From Anthoceros angustus (taxonomy: Eukaryota > Plantae > Anthocerotophyta): a stretch of 64,000 bases of DNA. Made by a program: the position numbers and the translations under genes. The stretch lies in the NCBI GenBank assembly GCA_010909165.1, contig MU008153.1, positions 124,001 to 188,000 on the forward strand, in the 5' to 3' direction. The notes below the pieces were generated by a model. That model was not told the DNA's origin. It was given only the letters and a program-made list of their open reading frames with translations, and did no database searches. Shown one piece after another: positions 36,550 through 49,471 of the stretch; positions within the stretch are counted from its first letter, which is position 1, and each line of letters opens with the position of its first letter.

Positions 36550-39500
36550 TCATGGGACTCTGGACTTGTACTTCATGTACATGTCAGTGACCACCTGGAC
36601 AGCTTCACCTTCTGCTTTGACTGGATATAGGTCCTTCCCAAGTTGCCACTTGTTTGTCAAAGCAATCCACTCCCTTCTCCACTCCAGGAACGGGAATAAT
36701 GAGTTCTTATGGAGAGACTGTTGTAGCAGGTGAAAGAATATTGAAGCCCGAGGTAAGTAATAGCCTCGGATCAGCCCACTCCACATTTTGTTGGCTGCAA
36801 TGGCATACGAGCATTTCAGAGCAAAGAATTTGGAGGAGGAAAATTAGGGACAGATGGTAGGCTGTTATGTGGCTACATACCGTAGTCATGCAAGGGGCTT
36901 GGGACTTCGGGTGTGTTGTCGAACCACATTGTGAGCTGTGTTCGTGCATTCCACTCATACTGTGCAGGAAGGAAGACATGCCAGGCTCAGCTTCTGCAAG
37001 TAAATGGCTTCTTCAATCTCAAGATCATGACCACAGGCTTGATGGAGACTGCAGATGAGATGATGGCTCACCAAGGCCTTCTCCTCCTGGTTGGTGCCAA
37101 GCTGCTTGGCAGACTCTAACCAAGGGCCCAGGAGGAAGCCTTCATCAGTCGCCAGGAGGGTATCAATATCACCCAAAAGCTCCAGAAAGGTGCTGGAGAG
37201 TTTCTTCAGCTCCATGGCATTTCCGGTCTGGTAAGCCTTGATGACTTGTGAGTATAGAGAGTTAGCCAGCTTTGCCAGGATCTGACGAGTGAGATCGACC
37301 AGGTCATATCTGCCAGGATGAGCTGCAGAGGTGAGAACCTACCTGACAGACAGGGCAATGCAACTGGAAGCACATGGAGCGGGATGCAGAGAGATAGAAC
37401 CTGTAAGTAGGGAGGCTGCTGGCAGAATCTGCAGAGTCAAGGAGGAGACCAAGTGCCATCACAGCTTCGGTTGGAGAGTACCAGAGATGTGGTACATGGC
37501 CCAGCAACTCTGCCTTGACCACTGAGATCTCTCTGGGTTCTTCCGAGCTGACAACCAGCTTCAATGTGGCATCAGGATTTAAGTCTGGGAATTCGACGAC
37601 GACATCTCCATTGTGATCCTGCCTTACGAAAATATGAAGGTCAGACACAGTCAGAATGACGAGTTCATATCCAGACACAAGTAATGACTTTAATCAATAC
37701 CGCTATGCCATCAGAGCAGTTGTAGATTGAACGCTGCAGCATCTGCCATGCTTTATGTGCTCCTGATGATGCTGTGCCATACCGTCGGATGTTGTAACCA
37801 TCGATCCAGTCCTGACGTCATACACAGCATTGGCACGTTAGAACAGGATGAGGTGCACATGTGAGAACACTGTGTTCTGTTGTCCGATGCGGAACATCAA
37901 ACATAAGAAGGAAATGAGCTCACCTCTGCTTGAACTTCTTCACTTCTGAATGCCATTTCGGCCATCAGGTCATAAACAACAGGATTCTGCTCGATGCCTT
38001 CCATGCACATGCCAACGCCAACCTAACGTACCCAAACTGGTCAGACAGGAAATTGATTGACCGAAGCACATGTTTGTAATGTGTCGCAAGAACACATCGA
38101 GGAGGAATTTACACACCATAGTTGAATTTGGACTTCTAGCAGCTTCGACTGGCCCTGTGCCCACAGCTAGCAGCCTTCCATACATCTCAATGTTCCCTCC
38201 AAAGTTGTGGAGCATACACCTATTGAATGTGAAGGTGGCTAGTCACAAAACATTTCTACAGATGAACCGCAGAAACAGCTGCTATGTCAACATATACCAG
38301 ATGTACGGGACACCATAAAAGTGATCAGAGCGCAACCACACTGGCTTTACATCAGCAAACAGATCGAGAACTATCATCTTGCCGACTGGGACTGAGTGCA
38401 GTAGGGCCTACAACAGACAAAAGCCACAGTCAAAAGCCTTCGTCGGAAGATCCCATGGTGGAAATGAACTGCCGGACCCAAGCTGAGTACCAACCAGGAT
38501 CTGTGGTGGCCTCCAAAATTCTTCGTCTGAGGCAAAAAGCCAGCCCTGCACAAGAAACTGCTCAGAGGATGTTGGGGATGGCAATGAAGGTCATAGTAGA
38601 GCTGAGAATACTCATGGAGAAGAAAATTACCTGCATGAGCCAGACAGCATTGCTGTCACCAGCACGCATTGCTTCATAGACAGCAGCTCCTAAAGATGTG
38701 ATATATGCAGGATCACTAGTTGGGGGCTCATTTTCGTTAAAAGTGTCACTGCATGATCACACATCATGTTGCCTCACTGTAAAAAATTTGAAACCCATCA
38801 AGCAGTGGTTGGAGGAGGGCTCGCCTGACCCGCAAAACTCACTTCAACTAGTGTTCTACAGGTTTATAATTGGTGTGCACGACAGACCAACCAACCAGTT
38901 ATATATATGTTGTGTTCCTCCGTACTCTGCCAGCATCACGAGCAAGAAGAGTCTATTAGAAGCACCAAACCTACAAACGACCTACCAATGCCAGAAGTGA
39001 ACATGTTGGTATGAAACGCTAATCAATACCTTTGATTTGTTGCTCCACAAATGCTTTTCCAATGACCAAAAACAATGGATCAGTGGGGTCGAGCAGATAA
39101 GTGCAGCACCATCTTTCATCTCCATCTACAGTGTTCCTGCACACAATACAAATTGGATATTAGCTCAAAACTTGGGCCCATTGCCTCACATTTCAATCCA
39201 AAGAACGATCTCAATTGTTCACCAATTTGGTAGCTGTGTAATCTTGGCAGAAGGGAAGGCCCTGAGCAAGGCATGGGGTATGTTTCCCGTGAAAGCGGGT
39301 AACACTGCATCCTTGCAAACGACACAGCTCAGGTTGAAAGGTAACAGCCAGACCTTATGACAGAGGAACTGGTTGCCAACAGGAGGAACCACAGGCATAC
39401 CTGGTGTCATCCCAAACTCGCGCATCCGAGACAAGATCAGCTTCTGCAAACTCAGCTGAGAATCAAGCCATGTCTGAGGTAAGGGACCTCCCCACCTGAA

Positions 39501-40720
39501 AGAAAGCCAACATCATCCAATCAAAGGGTGGAATGGGGATCAGCTAAACCGCATTTGCTTTGCTGAAACTGGATCAATTTCCAGTCCAAAAGGAAATGGC
39601 ATTTAGTCCCACCCATGCAAATTCCCCATGCGTGCCCAAGCCAAAAAGGCTGGTCCTCCAAACCAGTCACTGAGATCTGCATCGCTCAGGTTGAATTGGG
39701 CACTCTGTCGAACAAAACCCCATACACTGAGCACATCAGAACAGATGTGCTGCCTCTTGTTACCGGAAAGCAGACACCATCGTACCTGAAATAATTTCTG
39801 CCAGATACTCTCTTGTCCTGTTGATGCCAGAGGAAGGTTCACTCCCTGCAATGCCATCCAGTCTATCTCCTTCTCCCACCTTTCCCAGTCCCACCAGACG
39901 AAAGAGTCTGCACCACCCAACGACATCAGCACCCATCCTCGCCTCCAGCCTGAAACAGCCACAGAGGATGCTTGAAACACTTACAGCTCGAGGTCACAAC
40001 ATTCTGATAGTAATTCCAGTCTACAGGCCTCTGAATCCTGACAGCTCCACTGGTAACACGAGGCAGAAAGCCGGGATCTGGCACCGTTTTCAACTGCACC
40101 CCGCCCGTCTTGTCCCATGAAACATGTGCTCCGCACCAGTACTTCAAATACCAGTGCAGCCCAGCACATAATTCCACACCTGTTGTTCCCGAGATTCTGC
40201 AATCCCCATCCTCTCATCAGCACCAGCACCAGCACCAGCACTCCTCAAGAACGGAAGCCAATGCAGACTCTCACCCTTCGCATCTCCTCCCATGCATGGG
40301 TCTGCTCACCTGATTTCTGCCTCTGTCACGATGGAGTGAGACGAGAAGTCGGTGCTGATCTCAAAGCAAGATTTCCCACCGCATTCATCCTGCATTCAAC
40401 TTACATCTTTTGGGACATCCACTTTGCGGGCATTCCTGACTGGAGGAAGCCAGCGCGTCTCCGGAATTCGGGATGCTTAGGTGAAGAACCTTGGATATAA
40501 TGCGGAACTCGAAGCTCCTGGTGTGGAGCGGGAGCAGGCGGCCGAGCACTCCCTTGGCCGCCAGTTCTTGCGTGGAAGCTGCTGCACGCTCCCCATCCAG
40601 CCTCTCCACAAAAGCTTCGTAGTCCGGGAGCGGCACGCTCAGGCCGCCAGCCCTGTGCGCCACAACACCAAGCAGAGCAGCAAGCAGACATGCCCAGAAT
40701 GCGGCAGCGAGGTCCCCCAT
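36550..40720 (-). CDS. NAGLU: Alpha-N-acetylglucosaminidase (GH89), multi-exon
   Basis: Signal-peptide-like N-terminus [17 protein letters not shown]; [14 protein letters not shown]; YYQNVVTSS; [24 protein letters not shown]; [16 protein letters not shown]; RMREFGMTP; [13 protein letters not shown]; [13 protein letters not shown]. Confidence 0.95.
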
Positions 40721-41039
40721 TCCTCTACGCTGGAACGGAGGTTCACAGCACGGTGTCTCACGTTTCCATTGAGTTGGGTCGATCGCTTGTTTCAACAAGG
40801 GGCAAAGAACTGCGTCTTCTGTTTCAGTGTCTCTGCACGGCAGAATTGTTTCCCGTTCAGATGCATGTCTTCCCATGAGCTCAACATTTGCCTGCTAGAC
40901 GGACCCAATGGGCAAACTGAGCAATGACCATAGCACAACTGCCCGAGGACGCTTAACGTCGAGCCCGTCATAAACCAGCCCAGATTTTTTGGCGAACTTC
41001 ATCCCAGACATGCTGGGATCAAGTTCGCCAATGGTCAGA

Positions 41040-41525
41040 TGAAATTGTGGAGGGGTACGAAGGACGCTTACCATTACAGCACAACCTGTCTCACTTGACA
41101 AGGGGATGCAGATGATTCTCATGTACATCCTGTGTTGTTGGACCCGGAGGACACAAGACACTTGGAAGGATGATCGGTTGTGAAGGGGTAGCATCCTTGA
41201 GATAGCGTGTATGGGGCACTTGGTATCAGTCAATTCAGAGCTTGTTCCATCAAGCCCAACTCATCTTCGACTTCAGACCACGTCGAGCCAAGGTCAGTCG
41301 TGTTTTGACCAAAGGTTTCAAGTGCTGTAAGCTGCCGCTCCATGCAGCAAGCACCTACGTAGAGGCTGATGAGCAAGAATTCATCAATCCAAATCCACAT
41401 CAGATTCTGCTGTTAACCTGGATCGCAGGCTGTGACATAAACGATTACCTTGCTTGCTGGGTAGGGAGAAATTGGCGCAATCATGAGTAATACCAGGAGG
41501 CATTGCTGCTGCTATCAGGGTTGTG
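41040..41525 (-). pseudogene. Degenerate intron-containing partial copy of POLD2 (3' half)
   Basis: Minus strand matches 51590-52300: ANFSLP.Q, the intron end catcagcctct..gtaggtgcttgctg, GQN..DL....EDEL.LME..L, ggatgctaccccttcacaaccgat, RIICIP..SETGCAVMVS. Confidence 0.82.
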
Positions 41526-41589
41526 CAGCTCCAATATCAATGCTTTTTCCAACAGGAATCGTGGCCAGGAGCTTTTCTGGCAACATTTC

Positions 41590-41760
41590 CATCTGCTGGA
41601 AGATGCTGAAAGAGTTTTCCATATGGTTCCTCAAAAGGACTTGGTGTCATGGAGAGCCATGATAGCAGGATTTTCCCAGCAGGGCATAGGGCAGGCGCCC
41701 TTCGTCTTCACAGGCGTATGCAGGAAGGAGACCTTGTCGCACCTAATGCCGGGATGTTTA
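41590..41760 (+). pseudogene. PPR (PLS-class-like) repeat fragment
   Basis: LEDAERVFHMVPQKDLVSWRAMIAGFSQQG.GQA; isolated, no full gene. Confidence 0.7.
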
Positions 41761-42098
41761 TGTGACGCCATGCTTTCCATGGAGCCGTGAACATGCAAAA
41801 TTCATGGGGTCAGGAGCGAGTGACGAGGGCACCGAGTCATCGGCGCCAGCGTCACGCTAGACGACTTCAGTGAACGAAGGTAAGGAACTAGGTGACTGCA
41901 AGCGGCACTCATGTTGCAATACGGAACTCGAGTCCACATCCTGATCTCCTCGAGATCTCTCGTGCACATAAGAAGTTGAGGGATGGATCCCTGAAGAACA
42001 TCGTGCTTTCCGATCTGGAATTGAAGAACACAAGCGGGTAGCGATTGTGGAATTTTGAGTGTTGTCTGCATTCACCGTCACTGTGAAATCGTTGCACC

Positions 42099-43798
42099 AT
42101 GGCAGGCATGACCGATGCGGAGGCCATGTTCTTCAAAGAGGCCAAATTGCCAGCGCGGCTGGCAGCAGCGGCATACTCTTCCTCCGATGACTTCAGCAAG
42201 ACAGTCCCGATCCTGGACAGCAGCGGAAAGACCAAGGAGATCTGCACGCACCTCCTGAGGCCGCAATCGACTCCGAATCGAGCCGAGCTCGAGGGCTTGG
42301 CAAATTGGATGCTCGACATCCGAGTGCACATCGCCATCATCCCCGTGGAGCTACCGGATGCATCGCTGGCGTGGGACCTGGCCCTCGTCTTCCGCGGCAC
42401 GCAGCCCTACAGCGTCACCAACTGGGTCCTCGATTTCACCTTCGACCAGGAGCCGGTGGCCAAGTACATCCTGCAGGAGCCGGAGAGGACGGACATCCGG
42501 CAGCACCAGATGCTGGTCCACACCGGCTTCCACCAGGCGTTCCAGGGCGTCATCCCCGAACCCGACCCTCACGAGGACCACACCATCGAGTACATCGCAG
42601 AAGTCATCCAGAAGTACATCGAGAACCATGGGAGCGCCAAGCAAACGTTTGCCAAGACCCGGGACGTGAAGGATGGCTTCCAACCCGAGGTGATCGCAGC
42701 CAGCCCCCTGGAACTGTCGGTTCTGGTTTCTTCAGTTTTGATCATCTGCGGATTTGTGATGCCAGCCAGCTACAGGTGCATTTGTGATGTCATCCTTGCT
42801 GGTCCTTCTTGGGGCGATGCTAATCTTGCCTGTTGTATCGTTCCAAATTGATCAGTTGTGCCCGGAAGCCTTCCGCGGAGAGTTGGCCAGCACGATTCAG
42901 GCCCAGCCGCGGCCCAGGCGCATCCTGTCCATCGGGCATAGCCTGGGCGGCGCCCTGGCCACCCTGGGCGCCGCCTGGTGCAAGACAACGCTGTGCAACG
43001 ACAAGCGTTTCCGCGACTGCCCCGTGCAGTGCATCACGCTCGGGTGTCCCAGAGTCGGGAATCGATCGTTCGCCATGGCCTGGGATGAGAAGCTGAGATC
43101 GAGAAACGGGATGAACAAGGCGGGGGAGGGAAAGTCGTACCGGATCGTGAACGCGCTGGACTGGCTCCCAGCGTGCCGCTCTCCTTGAAGTTCCAGCACG
43201 TCGGAATGCCCGTGTACCTGCACCGGGAGGTGAAAACTGGGACGTGAAGGTTTGGCCGTGCGTGGGGCAGGAGCGGCCCAAGCTCAACACGGGCTCCCCG
43301 ATCGACCACGTGCAGTGGCACTACACGTCCGCCATGGTGGTGGCGGAGGCGACGGCGGCGTCGGCCACGGCGGACGAGAGGAAATCATCCCTGCTCACCC
43401 GACAATCCTGGTGGTTTGTGGCTTTCGCGCAGCAGCTGAAGCCGGGCTTCATGTGGGAAGTGTTGAAGCGCACGGTGGTGCTGGATCTGCCGTTGCATGC
43501 ACATTTCGCGGTGTTGGTCTTGTCGTGGGCCATAGCCGTGTCCTCCTTCGTTGCGGGGCTGGCAGTTTGCTGGCTCGCGCTCTTCCCTCTCATCATCTTG
43601 CTCCTTCCTGCGTTCACGGCGTCCTTCCTTGTGGACTGTTTGGTTGCGGCCGTGTTGTGGCCTTTCAAAGTGTGCTTTGGATCCAGCGGCAAGCTGCTCC
43701 CGCCCACTCCCCATTACAAGTTCGGGAACATAACCCTCGCGCTTTTGTCCCTGGTTGTCATGGTGGTGACCTATGTGTCGGCTTGGCTTGGACTGTAG
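42099..43798 (+). CDS. Class 3 lipase with hydrophobic C-terminal segments (probable intron about 42690-42857; one apparent frameshift near 43168)
   Basis: ALVFRGT...NW.LDF, VHTGFHQAF, nucleophile elbow IGHSLGGALATL, ITLGCPRVGN, RIVNALDWLP, FQHVG, DH..WHY. Confidence 0.88.
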
Positions 43799-43907
43799 TT
43801 GAATGCGATGCGCACTCTATTGTACAATTGTATAGGTATACACGTAAGAGCAATACACCACGTATATTTATATGTGCACAACTTTTTATTAGACTTTATA
43901 GCGTTAT

Positions 43908-44692
43908 CAAGCTTTGGAGGGGCTTTATAAGAATGCATGGAGGGGCTTTATAAGAATGCAAGCTTTGGTAAGAATGCAAGCTTTGGAGGGGCTTTGTAAG
44001 AATGCAAGCTTTGATAAGAATGCAAGCTTTGGAGGGGCTTTGTAAGAATGCAAGCTTTGGTAAGAATGGAAGCTTTGGAGGGGCTTTGTAAGAATGCAAG
44101 CTTTGGTAAGAATGCAAGCTTTGGAGGGGCTTTGTAAGAATGCAAGCTTTGGTAAGAATGCAAGCTTTGGAGGGGCTTTGTAAGAATGCAAGCTTAATTT
44201 GCAGGGGCTTTGTAACTATGCAAGCTTTGCATTTAAAGATGCAAGCTTTGCATTTAGAGGAGCTTTGTAAGAATCCAAGCCTTGCAACCTTTGGCCAAGC
44301 CTTACAAGCTTTGGAGGGACATCGTAAGTATCCAAGCCTTACAAGCCTTACAAGCTTTGGAGGGAAAGGGACATCGTAAGAATGCAAGCCTTGCAAGCTT
44401 TGAAGGGAAAGGGACATCGTAAGAATGCAAGCCTTGCAAGCTTTGAAGGGAAAGGGACATCGTAAGAATGCAAGCCTTGCAAGCTTTGGAGGGAATGGGA
44501 CATCGTAAGAATGCAAGCCTTGCAAGCTTTGGAGGGAAAGTGACATCGTAAGAATCCAAGCCTTGCAAGCTTTGGAGGGACAAAGCCTTACAAGCTTTGG
44601 AGGGACATCGTAAGAATGCAAGCTTTGGAGGGACATCGTAAGAATCCAAGATTGTAAGAATACAAGATTGTAAGAATGCAAGCTTTGGAGGA
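43908..44692. repeat. Compound tandem array (18/28-bp and ~43-bp related units, each containing AAGCTT)
   Basis: Units gcaagctttggtaagaat, gcaagctttggaggggctttgtaagaat and gcaagccttgcaagctttgaagggaaagggacatcgtaagaat. Confidence 0.93.
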
Positions 44693-44763
44693 GCATGCCC
44701 AACATCACAAGCACCATAAACGAGCTCATGAGGATCATGAGCTCGGACTTGGGATATAGTGGC

Positions 44764-45181
44764 CATAGTGGTCCTATGGTTTGGTGCTATGGTTTTCATA
44801 GTGGTCCTATGGTTTGGGCTATGGTTTTCATAGTGGTCTTATGGTTCGGTGCTATGGTTTTCATAGTGGTCCCATGGTTTGGTGCTATGGTTTTCATAGT
44901 GGTCCCATGGTTTGGTGCTATGGTTTTCATAGTGGTCCTATGGTTTGGTGCTATGGTTTTCATAGTGGTCCTATGGTTTGGTGCTATGGTTTAAATTTCA
45001 TAGTGGTCCTATGGTTTGGTGCTATGGTTTAAATTTCATAGTGGTCCTATGGTTTGGTGCTATGGTTTAAATTTCATAGTGGTCCTATGGTTTGGTGCTA
45101 TGATTTAAATTTCATAGTGGTCCTATGTTTTGGTGCTATGGTTTAAATTTCATAGTGGTCCTATGGTTTAGTGCTATGGTT
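44764..45181. repeat. 33-bp / 38-bp tandem array
   Basis: catagtggtcctatggtttggtgctatggtttt; later units gain AAAT-containing bases. Confidence 0.93.
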
Positions 45182-45609
45182 CTCATTGCGGGTGATCCAA
45201 AGCTGGGTTCATTGGGTGATCCGAAGCCCGAGTTCATTGGACGATCCATACTTTTGACTTTCCCTTTCGGTTGCTTAAGGTTTTGAAGGCTTGTACATTA
45301 ACCATACTCTTGACTTTCCCTTTCGGTTGCTTAAGGTTTTAAAGGCTTGTACATTAACAAGGATCTCATCTGCCACTGGCAAAATTAATGAGAATTTTAC
45401 CTTAACGTTTTGAAGGCAAAAACTACCTTGCGGGAAACAAGCAGCTTGTACCTTAAAAGGACTACCTTCCGGGAAACAAGCAGCTGGTACCTTCAAGTTT
45501 TGAAGGCAAGGACTACCTTACGGGAAACAAGCAGCTTGTACATTAACGAGGATCTTATCTGATTGCAGTAGCAAAATTAACGAAAATTTTTATCCGCTGC
45601 AGTGACAAA

Positions 45610-46020
45610 ATAAGAAGGAAAAATTGCTTGCTTTCAAGGTTGATCGTGCCTTGGATCAAGTGGCCTTTTTTTTCGTAGTAATCACTTGTACATGGCAATA
45701 TAAGAAAGAGAAATGGCTTGCTTTCAGTGCGCGCTGAGCATAAAACTAGAGCCATCCCTCCCCGCCCCCCTAGCTCGGCCAAGTGCACTCGAGTCCACAG
45801 GTCGCCCACAAGTTGTGTCAAAACTGGAGAGACGCAATTGAAAACAATCAATCATCAGTGACAAAAAAAGTTCGGGGACAAGTGATTACCACGAAAAAAT
45901 TTCCACTTGATCCAAGGCACGATCAGCCTTGAAAGCAAGCAATTTCTCTTCTTATTTTGCCATGGACAAGTAATTAGGTACCACAAAAAAAAAGGCCACT
46001 TGATCCAAGGCACGATCAGA
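45610..46020. repeat. Fold-back: ~110-bp inverted repeats (45610-45725 and ~45905-46020)
   Basis: tgatcgtgccttggatcaagtggcc...ttgcttgctttca versus ccacttgatccaaggcacgatca. Confidence 0.8.
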
Positions 46021-46289
46021 GGCTTGCCACTCACAACGAGCTTTCATTCTTGGTTTGTTGGCAACTTGGAGAGCGAGGAGTCGCGAGTTAGATTTTTGTC
46101 CTTCACAAAACATGGTGGGCACTTCTTAGTGGGCATGTTTTACTCCAGGCTGTCTGTCTCCTGTCTCAAGACAGACGTGCACTTGGCACGTCTGTCTGTC
46201 TATGCACTTCATGCACGTCTGTCTGTCTGTGGACATGAAGTGCACTTGACGCTCATTTGCACTTGGCACATGAGGGCCAACTGAATGCC

Positions 46290-46830
46290 AATGTGTCTTC
46301 TCCGGCTCTTGGAGGATGTACGTCGCCACCGGCTACTGGTCGAAGGTGAAATCGGTCACCCAGTTGATGACGCTGTAGGGCTGCGTGGCGCGGAAGCGAG
46401 GGCCCGGTCGCAAGTCAGAGCTGCATCTGGTAGCTCCACGCGGATGATGGCTATGTGCACTCGGGTGTCGAGTATCCAATTTGCCAAGCCCTCGGCCGGG
46501 TGGATCGACTCAGGATCTGTCAGTGGGAGGGTGTTGATCTCCTTCGTCTTCGCTGCAGTCCACGATCAGTATTTGAACTACGTTGTTGAAGTCATCGGAT
46601 GAAGAGTATGCCGCTGCTGCCAGCCTCACTGGCAGTTTGGTCTCTTTGAAGGAAATCGCATGATGTGGCACAGTGGACACTTGAAATCCTACAATGCGCC
46701 TGTGCGCAACGCAGACTCGATCGAGATCGCAAAGCGCTGTGTTTTCCATGGATCCATCTCTCCACTTCTTATGTGCACCAGGTCTCGAGGAGATTTCCAT
46801 TGTGAACGTCGGTTCCGCATTGACATTGAA
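46290..46830 (-). pseudogene. Inverted degenerate copy of the lipase 5' region
   Basis: FKETKLPVRLAAAAYSSSDDF versus FKEAKLPARLAAAAYSSSDDF; the upstream non-coding sequence gtgcacataagaagt is also shared; contains stops and frameshifts. Confidence 0.88.
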
Positions 46831-46949
46831 GCATCAGTGCCGCTTGCAATTCGAAACCCTCACCATCGTTTACCTACCCAAGTAGTTTACATACATACAT
46901 ATGTAGGTCTCCAAACTAACTCAAATTTGTCCCTCGGAAATTCATCCAC

Positions 46950-49471
46950 TATGTTACTGTGGGCTCCTCGAGCTCGTCAGGGTTTCCTCTCCTAAAGACG
47001 TTGCAGTATGCTTTCCAGCCGCAAAAACGAAGCCATTGTAATACCCTTGCCACCTGTATAGATTCCAACTGATAGTCAGTGCTTCGAGGCCATGAGGCAT
47101 GGACTGCGAGAACCGACAGTCAAGGGAGCCAGGACGCAAGACTGGACCTCGGTAGCTTGCCGTCGGAAGGAAGGTGAAGTTCTTGGTCTGGAGGAAACGG
47201 TTGGACGGCCGAGTCCAGGGACTTTGCAGTCACTTCAGCCAAGGAAGATGGGTTCCACTGCCATAACGGACACGGTTGGAGGTGGGTGGGATGGAGAAGG
47301 AGTTCATGGAATCAGGCAGCAAGAGCCGGAAAGACTGCTTGTTTACCTTTGGTTTGTTGTCCTTGTCGATGACTGTAGCACGTATACCCTGCAAGGTGAC
47401 AGATGTAGTCACGGCCACGATTTAGTTTAGTATGTTCTCAGGATGGGGGTGAATGCGTGGTTGGACATTTGGAATTACCTCGAACACGTCAGTGGAGATC
47501 AGTCCAAACATTATGTTCATTGTAAGTCGGAACTCTCGCTTCAGACATTCATCAAGGTCCTGAGAGCGTGCCTCCCGTATCTGTCATCCAGTATCAGTCA
47601 CATTCTGGAGAAAATGCGAAGTCTTCGATCACTGGCTGAAAGGTGCTGTGGATATGGCCATACCGATCTGAAGGTAACCTTCAAGCCGGTGGGAGAAGCA
47701 CGCTGCATCGAGGTGATCATCGTCTTGACCCATGCATCTTGCGTCTCGCTGAACACTTCAATCTGCACAAGGAGCCATGCTGAATATACACAAGCAGAAA
47801 GTGTGTATGGTATGAAGCAGAAATGCAGATGACAGAATGGTTTTGACGAAGACGGAGAAGGAGAGTACTAGTGTTTCCACGATCTCTTCCACACTGTTCT
47901 TGGAGAACCATTTGTCAATATCAGCTTGTCTGATGATAAGGCAAGTCAATGAGTATCTCTGGCTCAGATGCTCTAAGCCACAAGCAGACAGGCAGGTTTG
48001 AAAGATAAAAAACTGACCTGTGCAATATGCTCCGTTCTCCGATTTTTGGAGATACACTGTATTCGTCAAGGATGGCCTTGATGCTCTCATCTGATGGGGA
48101 TACCAGCGACAGTAAGCTCGTCTCAACGTCTGCCAAACGCTGGAGAGTTACAAACAAAAACGAATCAACCAAGAGGTCACACGGACGTCTCACAGCGGAT
48201 AGAACATGCTCAGGATTCTGTGTAACATGCGCCTTACCTCGGCAGGGACAAAGTGTGATGCAAGACCACAAGTAACCAACTCCGCACCGTCCAGGCGTGC
48301 ACCGGTCAGACCCAGGTACTCCCCTGCTCATCAGAGGATCAACGAAATGCAAGGGAAAATGTTCAGGTTCGAGTTGGTGCCCCTTAGGATACTTGCAACT
48401 TACCAAGATGTCCTGCAAGATGAGAGAGCAAGTAGGAGCCACCACAATCTGTGTGCAAACCAATGGCAGCTTCAGGCATAGTAAAGACCTGTGGACAGCA
48501 GAAGGCCAGCTCTGTCAGCAAAAAACACGAGTCCGGGTTCCCAGGCCAGATGTCTTGCAGTTGATTTGACTGGATTCTCAAGTACTCACTGTCTTCTCCG
48601 TGACAACTTGATACCTTCCATGGAATCCCAAAGTTGCACCTCCTCCAACGGAAGTAGCGTGCATGAGGCTGACCTGCAGTCGCACAGGGAACATGTAGGG
48701 ACAGGAGTTCAACCAAACTCCCAAATCGAAACCAACACTGCATACAAGCTGAAATACATACAATGGGTTTCTTGTAGGTGGCAACGTGGTAGTCAAACCA
48801 GTACATTTGGTAGACGAGTCCCGTCCATGCAGGATCTACAATGGCAAGCCACATGCTAATGGTCTCCACAGCAAGGAAGAACTTATTACATTGCAGGAAA
48901 AAGAGAAGAGAAACCGCAGTTTACTTTTAGCATTCAGGAAGTAGAAATATTTCAGGTCTCCTCCAGCAGAAAACAGTCGTCCAGCAGCCTGCGGTCCGTC
49001 ATGTGAGGAGCATGCAGGCGGGCATCATTGACATGGCCAATTGTGCTAACTCAGAAACCATCAAACCTTCAAGATGATGAGTTGCACATTGTCATCCTCC
49101 TCCCACTTCTCGTACAGCCCAGATATGGCCGAAAGCTGATCTCATGACCACAAGCTTACTCAGCTGCTGTGAGTTTGCAGCCCTGAGCACAGGCAACAGC
49201 TTGCAACCTCGCTCCTCAAATCCACCGAGCTCAATAGACAGCATCATCAGTCACTTACCAGTTCAACATTGATAGCATTCAGAGCCTTCGGCCGGTTAAG
49301 GGTCGCCACTCTCACAGCACCATGCTCCTCCGCCAGCACCGCCTGAAACCGGAATGCCAGCTCTTTAACCCATATTGCGCAGAAAACGTATAGCTCAACC
49401 CCCGAAATTCACAAACACAGCCTTACTTCCTCCTGGGCAAGAACCGTAATGCTTGCACCCTCAGTTCCCAT
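46950..49471 (-). CDS. HIBCH: 3-hydroxyisobutyryl-CoA hydrolase-like (crotonase fold), multi-exon; 3' end approximate
   Basis: MGTEGASITVLAQEE|AVLAEEHGAVRVATLNRPKALNAIN; FSAGGD; ATYKKP; FTMPEAAIGLHTDCGGSYLLSHL; YEGIRATVIDKDNKP. Confidence 0.92.

Noticed and set aside
42305-43953. Overlapping alternative-frame and antisense ORFs over the lipase, and similarly over the MMD1-like genes
   Set aside because: Expected from high GC3 codon bias; no recognisable motifs.
43896-45032. Long repetitive ORFs (280, 165, 99 aa) as repeat or membrane proteins
   Set aside because: They are translations of stop-free tandem DNA repeats, open in several frames.
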